Assembly (NCBI GenBank): GCA_004431415.1
Contig: QPMI01000299.1
Coordinates: 1-53,739, forward strand
Direction of reading: 5' to 3'
Source: Cyanophora paradoxa CCMP329
Lineage: Eukaryota; Plantae; Glaucophyta
Length of the DNA stretch: 53,739 nt
The notes beneath the pieces were generated by a model. That model was given only the letters and a program-made list of their open reading frames with translations, made no database searches and was not told the DNA's origin. This document shows positions 19,611 to 29,971 of this stretch, one piece after another. The first letter of the stretch is position 1. Each line of letters begins with the position of its first letter. A program made the position numbers and the translations under genes.

Positions 19611-22591
19611 ATGACAGAAGAGCCGACAGAGGGCGAGATGGCCCCGCCGTTGCAGCCCGTCTGGGCGCGCGAGCAGTGGAACACCCTCACACACGACCCG
19701 GAACTGCCCCGCCCTCCCAGGCCACGGGACTGGAGGGGGGACGATGTGACTGCTTTCCTCCTTTCGACGAAGCATTTAATGAAGAAGGTGTGAGGATCGC
19801 CTGGGTTCCGCCGCGCTACTCTCAACATGTGCGCAGACTCGGCCACCAGACACACTTCAGATCCTGAGGCACCAGCGCGTGCTGCACAGCACCGGCGTCT
19901 ATGCCCCCCCTGGGTACGCACGGCCTGCGCTATTCGACCGGCGCCTCTCAAGGGCGCGCAGAAAACCGTACGCGGCGCTCGGCGGTGCCCCTGACTTCAC
20001 GCTCTCCGGTGCGACGCGCCCCGCGGGGCTGCGGCGTGCAGCCGATCTGCGCGAGCGCAGGCCACGTCTACAACAAGTTCTTCCCAGGCGAGGGGCGCCG
20101 GCGGCCCGCCGCCGCCCGCCGCTGACGCGCCGCGCAGACCCGCTCTCGCCGACGGGGTACTCGACGCCGGGCTTCCCCGCGGACAACTTCAACAGCGGGC
20201 AGGGCCAGGACATCTGGGGCACGGTGCGGGGGACGGGCCGGGGCCGGGGCGGGGGGCCGGGGCGAGGCGGGGCGCAGGGGAAGGACTCGATGGCGGAGGA
20301 GGAGCGGGCGATGGCGCGGCGGAAGCGGGAGAAGCTGAAGCGGGCGCTGCAGCGCAAGGCCGCCCTCGGCCTCCCCGTCGCCCCCGCCCTCGCCGAGCTC
20401 CACCCGTGCCCCGCCCCGCCCCGCCCCGCCCCGCCCCGCCCCGGCCGGCGGCGAGGTGCGGGGCAGGAAGAAGAAGACGGAGGGGGCGGAGGAGGAGGCA
20501 AGCAGCTCGTCGAGCGACGCGGCGACGAGCCACCGCTACTCCATCGCCCCCTCCATGCAGGCCGCCGGCCCCGACGCCGTCAACGTCTCCTACTCCCACT
20601 GTGCCCGCCCCGCCCCGCCCCGCCCCGCCCCGCGGCCGACGGGGGCGGGCGCTGGGCAGCGAAGCGGGTGCACCGGTTCCCGAAGCGGCTGACGGCGGCG
20701 TCGCACGAGCGGGTGGCGAAGAGCAAGGCCGGCCAGCGCCTCGTCGACCTCCTCCCCGGCGCCCCCCGCCCCGCCGGCCCACCCTCGACCCCGCCCCTTC
20801 AGCGGCCCCGCCGGCCTCGGTCCGGCCGCCCCGCCCCGCCCACCCGTCCCCGCCACGCGGCCCCACGGGGGCTGACGTGTGCGCGGCAGAGCCCTCCGTC
20901 GTCCGGCAGGCCGTTGAGTCGAGGCGAGGCCTCCCCCGCCGCGGCCGGCGTCGGCGGCTGACGCCGGGTCGCGCAGGCTGCAGGAGCTGGTGCCGGCGCC
21001 GGCGGCGGAGGAGCAGGTCCCGGTGGGGAAGCGCACGAGCTTGCTCCTGCCCGGCGGCGCCGGGGCCGGGGCCGGGGGGACGGGGAGCGGAGCGTGGCGG
21101 GCCTGGTGGGGGCGGTCGCCTCGGCGCTCTCGCTCATCGCGGGGGCCGGCGGCGAGGAACGGCCCCGCCCGGGCCTCCCTCCGCCAACCCCTCCACCGCC
21201 CGCTCCATGCGCCGCCGCCGCGTGCGCCCGCCCGCGCGGGGCCGGGGGGCGTGCGGGGGCGGGGCCGAGGGGCCGGGGCGCAGCGGCGGAGGAAGGACGG
21301 GCTGGACGGGATCTTCGGGGAGGGGTTCGGGGGCGGGGAGCCCGGGGAGGCCCTCGCCTCCCTCCTCGAGGCCCTCCAGAGCTCCGCCCCCACCTCCTCT
21401 CCCACCGCTCCGACGTCCGCCCCGCCCCGCCCCGCCCCGCGCCCCGCCCGACCCCGCGCAGGCGAGCGTCGAGACGATCCCGGACCCGCCGCCCGTCGAG
21501 GAGAAGGTCGAGGTCGACCCGCACGCCGGCGAGACCCTCGTCCGCCCGGCCCCGGCCCCCGCCCGCCCCGCCCGCCCCGGCGGCGCCGCTGAGGGCGGGG
21601 GGGCAGCCGGAGAAGCACCGGCGGGAGTTCGAGGAGGGGCGGGAGGAGCTGCAGCGGCGGGAGCTCTCGCGGATGGAGCAGCACGTGCGCAAGCGCGGCG
21701 CCCTGCTGCGCTCGCCCGACTACGCGAGCGGCCTCCTCCACGAGCTCGAGGCCCGCAAGACCCGCCCCGACCTCTACTCCCACTCCCTCTGGCCCGCCCC
21801 CCCGCCCCGCCCCGCCCCGCCCCGCCCCGCCCCGCGGGGGGCGAGCCGGGGGCGCAGGGAGGAGGCGGCGGAGGCGGAGGCGGAGGCGCGGCGGGGGGAG
21901 ACGATCCGGGAGCGGCAGGAGTTCTTCGAGAAGCTGCTGGACTGGATCGAGCTGGCGGGGGACGGGGCGCCGCCGGCCCGCGAGCACGCGGCGATCGCGC
22001 ACGCCGTCAAGTGGCTCCTCGAGCACGGCGCCGGCGTGGACGAGGGCCTCTTCTTCGGGGCCCTCCGCCTCCTCGGGCCCGAGGCCTGCGCCGACGAGGC
22101 CGTCCTCCGCGTCGTCAACCAGGCCCGCCCCGCCCCGCCCCCCGCCCCGCCCCCGGCCCCTCACGCGCCGCCAGATGCGCGTCGAGCTCGGCGTCGACCT
22201 CGGCGCCCTCGCCGACTGGCTCAAGCGCGAGGCCTGGGGCGAGAAGGCCCGCGCCCGCTCCGCCCACGCCCCCGCCCCGGCCCCGCCTCCTCCCCTCCTC
22301 CCCGGCCCGCAGCCGCGAGCGCGGGGCCGCCTCCCGCCAGGGCCCCTCCCCGGCGCCGCGGACCCCGCGGGGACGCGGGCGCTCCTCGCCTCGGCGTCGG
22401 CCCCCGCGCTGCCGGGGCGGGCGGGGCCCTCGCCGGGGCAGTCCCCCGGGAAGGCGGCGGGGGCGATCCTGCAGCCGTACCGCTCGCGGGCGATGCACTC
22501 GACGGTGCCCCTCTCCTCCTCGGGCGAGCTCGAGAAGGCCCTCGCCGCCCTCAACGCCCCGCCCCGCGCCCGCCGCCTCGCGCCCCTCTAG
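19611..22591 (+). CDS. Hypothetical multi-exon protein, function unknown
   Basis: Starts MTEEPTEGEMAPPLQPVWAREQW.... Coding-like exons include GKDSMAEEERAMARRKREKLKR and ERQEFFEKLLDWIEL...AVKWLLEHGAGVDEGLFFGALRLL, separated by typical CCCCG-rich introns. Stop at 22589-22591. Confidence 0.65.
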
Positions 22592-22708
22592 CCCCCCGCC
22601 CCGCCCCGCCCCGCCGCCCCGCACCCCCCCCGCCCCCGTGTCGCTCGAATCCGGATCCGCACGCGAGCTCGAGGACACTGGAACTGCAGACGGGTCGGGG
22701 CTGGGGGC

Positions 22709-23959
22709 CTACTCGGTGGGGACGCAGCCGAAGAAGTGGAAGACCTCCTCGCGGTCGTACACGCCGATCTCCGTCCCGCACGCCGCGCACTCCACCTGCC
22801 CCCGCCCCGCCCCTCACGCCCCCGCCACGCCCCGCCCCCAGCCCCCGCGCAGGCGCACCGGGTGGTAGACCTCCTCCTGCGGCTCCTCGCGCTGCGCCGC
22901 GCCCCCGCCGCGCCCTCGCCGCCCGCCCCGCCGCCCGCCCCGCCGCCCGCCGCCGCCCCTCGCCTGCGCCGGCGCCTCCTCCTCGTCCATCGGGTCGGGG
23001 AGGATGTTCGCCCACTCGGAGGCGCCTGCCCCGCCAGCCCCCGCCGCCGCCGCTGCTGCTGCCGCCGCCAACGACTCTGCGTAGGCCTGCTCCGACGGCC
23101 CCGCCCCGTCGCTGCCGCCCGCCGCCGCCGCCGTCCCGCCGGCCGCCTGCGCCCTGGCCTGCTCGGCCCGCTCGAGCTTGGCCTTGTGCTCGGCGAAGCC
23201 CGGCGGGGGCCGGCTCGTGTCCGCCGCCTCGTGCCCGCGCGCGAGGCTCGCCGGCGGCTCCGCCATCCCGGGGTCCGAGTCCCCGTCCTCCTCGTCGTCG
23301 AACTCGTCGTCCCCGCCCTTCCCCTTCTTCCCTTTCCGCCTGCGCGCCGGCTCAGCGCAGCGGCGAGGCCGCCCGGCCGCGCGCCGCACCTGTTGCGCTT
23401 CTTCTTGTCCTTGCCGGGCGCGTAGCGGAGCACCTCCCCCATGATCACTTTCACGTTCTGCGCGAAGACCGCCCGGAACTGATTGTGGTACCGTGTGTGC
23501 CTGCAGGGCCCGGACGAGTGGAGGTTGGCGACGACCACGGAATCATCGCGTGCAGGGCAGCGCACCGCTGACACTGGTAGCAGACAGTTGTAAAGCAACA
23601 CGGGCAGCTTAGGATGGCGTCCGTCTGTCCGCCGCGAGTGAGTATACGCGCTGCAGCCGCTGTCGGAGACGCCGGCGCCGCGAGCGCCCGGCACCTTGCT
23701 TTCCGCTCGGGTCTTCGACAGGCGCTTGTTCACCCACCGCTCGTCGACGTCGTCCGCTTCTGCGCGTCACAGTGAGCGCGCGACTCCGTCTGCGTCGGGC
23801 GGGGCACGAACGGGGATCGTAAAAGGGGTCCGCCTCCATGCGCGCATCCTCACCGGCGTCATCGCTGTCTTTACCATCGTCCGATAGCGTATCGGCGCCG
23901 AGCTCGCGGTCGGGCTCGGTCGGCAGCCCAAGGTCGTCGATCTGCTTCGCACGGGGCAT
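22709..23959 (-). CDS. EAPP: E2F-associated phosphoprotein homolog (Eapp_C domain)
   Basis: FYDP|EADDVDERWV, TDAILSCPCCFTTVCYQCQR|HTRYHNQFRAVF and EEVYHP|VECAACGTEIGVYDREEVFHFF match the EAPP consensus. Confidence 0.9.
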
Positions 23960-24268
23960 CGTTGCGCTCTGCGATCTTCTCCTGCGCCGTGCGAGTCGTC
24001 GCTCGAAGCGCCGCTCTCTGCGCTGCTCGCTGCGCTGCGCACTCCTGGTGGGGGTATCGCCAACAGCGCTTCGGCGATCAGACTTCAGGCTTTTCGAGAG
24101 CTAGGGTGATTTTAACCTGCAAACGCACCACAACATTCGCTCGTCGTTCCCGACCGCTCATACCAAACGTTCCGATCAGCAGCGGCGAGGCGTACACGTC
24201 AGCCCGCGCCCGCGCTCCTCCGCCCGCGCGGTTGCGGTGCTGATAGGCGAGCTCCAGCTTAGCTACAG

Positions 24269-26294
24269 ATGGCACAGCGCGATTCGAAGCGCGCGAAGAT
24301 CAAAGAGGAGTCCCCTGCGGTGCGCTGACACCTCGGACTGCGGTCGCGAGCCCAGCGTTGACGCCACCGCTTGGCTGCAGGGCTCTGGCAGTCAAACGGG
24401 TCTCTCCGAGGTGATCGACATGTCGATCGCTAAGCAGATCCTGAAGATGGACGACCCGGATGTGAAGGAGGGCTGGGACGACGTTCCGAGCGGTGCGCCT
24501 GCCTGCACCAGCCCCCGCCGCCTGCTGGTCCGCTCGAGCGCTGACTCGAGCGCTGACGGCCGCGCAGATTTGGAGGACCCGGAGTCGTACGTGGACGCGA
24601 TGTACGAGGAGGCCGTGCGCGGCGCCGCCGAAGACAGCGACGACGAGGGCGACGCCCCGAAGCTCAGGCCCGGCGACAACGTCTCGCAGGCGCGCACTCC
24701 GCGCGCGGCGCCGGGCGGGCGCGCGCCGATGCGGGGCGGCAGTTCATGGAGAACAGCAAGACGAACCCGTACGACGAGAAGAACGCGCTGGGCCTGTTCA
24801 TCAAGCTCGACGGGGACGGCAAGCGGCAGTGGATCGGGCCCAACGGCGAGACGATGTCGCGCAAGCAGTGGAAGAAGCTCAGGAAGCGCCTGAAGGGGTC
24901 CGGCGTCGCGCCGGCCCTCCGAGCGCGGCGGCGGTGACGCTGCGGGCAGGGAGCAGGCGATGAAGGAGAAGAAGGCGGCGCGGAAGAAGCAGGTGGAGGA
25001 GCGGCGGCTGGCGCGCGAGCAGCGGCTCAAGGAGGAGTGCGTGGCCGGCGCGGGGCGGGGCGGGGCGGGGCGGGGCCGACGGGGCGGCAGGCTGGAGGCG
25101 ATGACGCCGGAGGAGCGGCAGACGTACATCGAGATGAAGATGGCCGAGGTCGCCCGGCTCAAGGCGCGCCGCCCCCGGGCACCGCCGGCGCGCCCCTCCG
25201 CGCCCGCGGCGAGCCGGCTGGGCGGGGCGGCAGGCGGAGAAGGCTGCCCAGAAGAAGGAGCTGGAGGCGCGGATGCAGGGCGGGCACCGCATCGTCTTCG
25301 ACCTCGAGTTCGAGGCCCGGCGGGACCCTTCCCTCCTCTCGCCCCCGCCGGGCGGCGGGGCCGAGCGGGGCGCAGGAGCTGATGAACGAGCGGGAGCTGA
25401 AGAGCCTGGCGCAGCAGATCATGTACTCGTACGGCGTCAACGTGCGCTCCTCGAAGCCCTTCCGCATCGTCCTCACCTCCCTCAAGGGCCAGGTCCCGCC
25501 CCGCCCCGCCCCGGGCCCCGCGCGCCCCCGGCCGACGCGCGGCGGGGGGCAGACGCTGGAGCAGATGTGCAAGGTGCACGGCTTCCTCTCCTGGTCCCTC
25601 GCCCGCCACGACGCGCCCTACATCGAGGTGCCCGGGGCCGGCGCCGGGGGCGGGGCGAGGCGGGGCGGGGCCTCGAGGGGGCGGGCGGGGGCGGGCCAGG
25701 TGTTCGGTAAGGAGGAGCTGGTGTACCTGACCGCCGACTCCCACAACGTCATCGAGGAGCTCGACCCCGCCAAGGCCCGCCCCGCCCCGCCCCGCCCCGC
25801 CCCGCCCGCAGCGGCGCTCACCGCCCCGCAGGTCTACATCGTCGGAGGCATCGTCGACCACAACCGCAACCCCGTGCGGCCCGCGCGGTCGCCAGTGGGG
25901 GCCGGCGGGGCGGGGGCGACGGTGCGCGCAGAAGCTGACGTTCAACAAGGCGGTGAAGCAGGGGATCGCGCACGCGCGGCTGCCCCTCGAGAGGCACGTC
26001 CAGCTGCAGACCACCAAGGTCCTCCTCCTCCAGGAGGTGCCCGCCCCGCCCCGCACAGCGCCCGCCCGCCCGACGAGCGGGGGCGCGGCAGGTCTTCACG
26101 ATCCTGAAGGAGTTCGACTGCACGGGGGACTGGGCCGGCGCCATCATGAAGGCCCTCCCCGAGCGCAAGGCGAGCCGCCCGGCGCCATCCCCCTCCGCAC
26201 CCCGGCCACACCGCCCCAAGCCGTAAGCGTGACGCCCTTCGCCGCGCAGACGGAGGGCATCGAGGGCGGCTCCAGCTCCAAACAGCTGCAGTAG
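24269..26294 (+). CDS. TRM10: tRNA (guanine-N1, position 9) methyltransferase Trm10 family
   Basis: RIVFDLEFE|ELMNERELKSLAQQIMYSYGVN, LVYLTADSHNVIEELDPAK|VYIVGGIVDHNR and GIAHARLPL. 13 introns inferred. Confidence 0.93.
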
Positions 26295-27305
26295 CTATAG
26301 TCCCCCCATCATGATCCCGCTGCATGCGCAGCTGCAGCCGCTGAGCTGTGCACGGCGCCCCGGCCGGCGCCTCGGCGAGCTGTATATGCCCCCCCAGCCC
26401 CAGTATTTATCGCGGCCATCATGGTGCCCATGTGCAATGCCATGATGTACTTCGAGAAACATGCAGGCTGCAGACAGAACGTCTACAAGCTAGACGGATC
26501 TCAACTTTGGGGCTCCAGTTCGTGGGATTGGACCACGAGTGGCGCCCAGCCCGCCATCCACCGCCGGAGCAGCTTCGGTCGGCCGAGCACGGAAAGGCCC
26601 CCTTGAGGGAGGGAGTACTCCCCCCCCGGCACCTAGGTGGAGTGCCGAAGATTGCAGCACCGGTGGATCGGGAGGCGACGGCCCGCCGCGGGCGGAAAGT
26701 GCCCGCAGGGGGGAGCCTGCGCACGGCGGCGGCGCGCGCGAGGTCAGGTCACGCGCACGCGCAGGATTTGATCTCGAGATCGAGACAAGCTTCGCACCCG
26801 AGACGGCGCCACGGGAGGTGGCGCGCTGCTGAACTCGAAGCGCTGCTGAGCGCGGCCCGAGCTGCACGCGACGCGCCCGCGCGAATATTACTGCGCGGGA
26901 ATATTAATGCGTGCGCGCGCGCGGGAGAGGCTCGAGCTCACGCTGCTACGGGAGCGCCAGGGTTGCCGCGGCGCTGCTTCGAATTCGACGAGCTCATGCG
27001 CGGAGAAGCGCACCCTTGAGAGGCGATCGAGAGCGCGCCCGGCCCGTAATTGAGCGCGCGCCGAGAGCGCCTGCCGCAGCAGCGGAAGTAAGACAAGGTG
27101 CATTTAAGGCGCCGCACGCGTATATTGCACCTTCGCCCCGGCCGCGCGTTGCCGCGCGACCACGCCTGGTGGCGATTTACCGATCAGGTTCGGTGGCAAT
27201 GACGCCAAACACCGTCTCTTGGACCCTTTTATACTGGGACCTAGAGAGAACTTTAATACGTACACTAGTACTTTAAGAGACCTTAAGCTTTCTAGAGAGG
27301 CACTG

Positions 27306-27418
27306 AGTTGCACCTCTAATACATGTACTCCCGTGCCACGTAGCAGAAAGAGGTCGCGGAGTTCTAATTCATGATCGGCTCGGGCCGTGTCCCAGTCCCC
27401 CCTCCGGACACGGGGGCG
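27306..27418 (+). repeat. Left terminal inverted repeat of element 2
   Basis: (A)GTTGCACCTCTAATACATGTACTCCCGTGCCACGTAGCAGAAAGAGG...GGACACGGGGGCG matches the reverse complement of 31901-32012. Confidence 0.93.
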
Positions 27419-27487
27419 ATGGCGGAGCTCGTGTCCCACAATAGTTAGAGACTGAACCTGTTGCTCCGTGTCCAGTAGCCGTGTCCG

Positions 27488-29905
27488 ATGGCGGGAGCGC
27501 CGGAGCCTCCGCCTGCGCCGGCGCCGGAACAGCCGCTTGTAGTGTGGACACTTAACTTGTTTGTGCACACCAGCATCCAAAACGTAGACGAATTCGGCGG
27601 CGATCCGAAGATTCCCTGCAGCGTGATGCCCTTCCACGGCCGCCTGCCGGACACCATGCAGCCTGTGCTAGACGAGCTGAAGGACATCAAAGCTCTAGCA
27701 GCGGACGTGAAGGATGAATCGGGCATACGATTCTACCAGGCGCTGCCGCCAAAGCACGGGCAGCCGCCATTTCACAGGCTCCCCTTCAATGTGCGTCGGA
27801 ATCCTGCCCGCGCGCGCTTCGCGCTGCGCGCTCGCCAGCAGTTGAGGCTGCGCTGCGCATCCGCAGCGTCCGAGATGGCTTGCGACCGGCGATCCAAGGC
27901 TGCCCGAGTACTACAGGCTCAGCGTCGTCTGCACGCCTAACGGCGCCGATGCGCCGAGCCCGGACCTGGACTACTTTGGCCTTCCGAAAGAGGTGCGCAT
28001 GCGAGCGCGCGCCCGTTCTCAAACTGCCCGCGACCGGCTTCGCGCAGGAGGCCCCCAGGCCTATCGCGATAGCGCCCCAGCCAGCAGCGCCGGCGGCACC
28101 GGCGGCGCCAGCTGCAGCGTCGGCAGCAGAGGAGTCGGAGGAGGAGGGAACTGGAAAGCGGCGCAAGCCGGATGAACCCTACAAGCGCATGCTCACGGTG
28201 CTGGACAAGAAAGGCATCTTCCAGGGGATGCCCGTCGACAAGGTGGTGGAAACGGTGCGAGCAGTGCACGGGGCACGGGCCGGACACGGGGACACGGGGG
28301 GACACGAGCGCGAGCACTAGTCGGGACACGAGCAGGGCGCGATGGGACACGGCTCATGCTTTCCGCAGGTTATGGGGCACCCGGTCGGCGGCGGAGACGG
28401 GAACAAGCGAGATCTGAATGGAGCATGTGCTGTCCCCTTCCGCATGGCGTACGGGGGCAAAGAGTCCGGCCTCCCCGTGCACGGAAGCAACAAGACGGTC
28501 CTAAGGAGGATCGCGAGCTCGTACGTGCTTCTTCCTGCACAGTTTTGCTGCAGATCCTCCAGATCCCGACTCACGGCGTCGGCAGTCTGCAGATCCTCCA
28601 GAACCCGGCGGTGGAGGCGAAGGACATCCCAGAGCGAATTGCTGCTCTGTACACGGCGGGGAGGAAGAAGAAATATGACGCAGCAGAGGAGGCCGGGAAA
28701 AACGACAAGGAGAAGCTGACCGAGGACAAGAAGAAGCTCCTGGCGGGGAGGACGATCGGCGAGCTGAAGGACAAGGAGCAGAAGAAGGTCGAGGCCATTG
28801 ACAAGAAGCTGAAGACTATCAATCGCGAAATCGCGAAACGGCGGAAGAGGTATCTTGAAGCCAAGCGGGCCGCGAACATCTGGCGAGTCGTCATCACTGG
28901 CTCAGACTCCCCCTTCCTTGTTCACACTGCTGGGTCAGAACCTGCTTATTCACTGCCACATGACGTGATTCGCTGCTAATAGCGGGATTTGCAGCGAGAC
29001 TTGGCTATCGAACATCTCAGCCTTGAAGAAACAAGCAGCGAATGCTCCTCTCAAGAAAGGTTCGTGCTAGCACGAAGAGAGCTATCCAATCTCATACATC
29101 AGAGCGATACCGGATGTCATGCGTCGCCCCGCAGGAGCCGCAGGAGAAGCCCCGTCCTCCTCAGAAGACGAGGAATCTGCAGAGGACGAGGAGTCAGGCA
29201 GGGAGGAGGAGGAAGAGGCGCGGGACGAGGCGCCGGCACAGGCGGCCCGCAAGAAGAGCGGGTGCGCTTGTCGTGTCCGGTTCCGTGCTCGGACATGGCA
29301 CGGACACGAGACTTCGATGTCTCGTGTCCGTGCCATGTCCTGCATGGACACGGACGAACCACGGACGCAGTTTTCGCCGTGTCCCGTCCATGTCCGTCAT
29401 GTCCCAAACCGCGTACTGACGGGAGCCGGTTTTTTTCTGCAGGGGCAAGAGGGGCGTTCCGCAGGCGCCGCCTCCCCCCGCCAAGACGATGCCAGCTGGG
29501 CATCTGCATGCGAAGCCGCAGGGCAAGGCGTCGGCTGTGAAGCCGCCTGCCAAGGCTTCGACTAAGAAGTGCGTCAGGGTAACATGTTCTGTGATCGCAA
29601 TTGCCATGTAATTCTGACACGTGCACTCCACGCATTCAGGGGCGATCAGCCGGAGCCGAAGAATTCGAAGAAGGACAAGGAGGAGAAGGTGAGCAAGAAG
29701 ACGTCGAAAGAGGATAACAACAAGGGCAAGAAAGCTTCTCGTTCTGGTCCACATTTCCCCCCGCGTGCATCGGCAATTTCAATAACAGAACCGGCCAGGA
29801 GATGGGGATGAGGCCGATACGGAGTCGGCGAAGCCGGGACCGAGTATGAAGCGCAAGGCCGAGAAGGACGAGAACGAGGAGGACGCGGGAGGCGCCAAGA
29901 CGTAG
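27488..29905 (+). CDS. Hypothetical spliced cargo protein inside element 2 (globular N-terminus, Lys/Glu-rich coiled-coil C-terminus; may be frameshifted)
   Basis: MAGAPEPPP...VVWTLNLFVHTSIQNVDEFGGDPKIPC...FN|RPRWLATGDPRLPEYYRLSVVC...PKE|EAPRP...YKRMLTVLDKKGIFQG, then ILQNPAVEAKDIPERIAALY...KKVEAIDKKLKTINREIAKRRKRY. Ends ...EEDAGGAKT* at 29903-29905. The frame could not be closed across about 28370-28520. Confidence 0.5.
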
Positions 29906-29971
29906 GCGACCGTGTCCCAGTGGAGGGACACGAGCGGGACACGGGTCGGACACGGTCAGGGCATGGCGCAC

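Noticed and set aside
20406-23571. 800-aa ORFs in the six-frame track, and similar long Pro/Arg/Gly/Ala ORFs elsewhere
   Set aside because: Artefacts of stop-poor GC-rich DNA reading through CCCCG introns. The real genes are spliced and change frame.
26348-27276. Short ORFs between TRM10 and element 2
   Set aside because: No recognisable motifs and no consistent splice model. Possibly decayed sequence.
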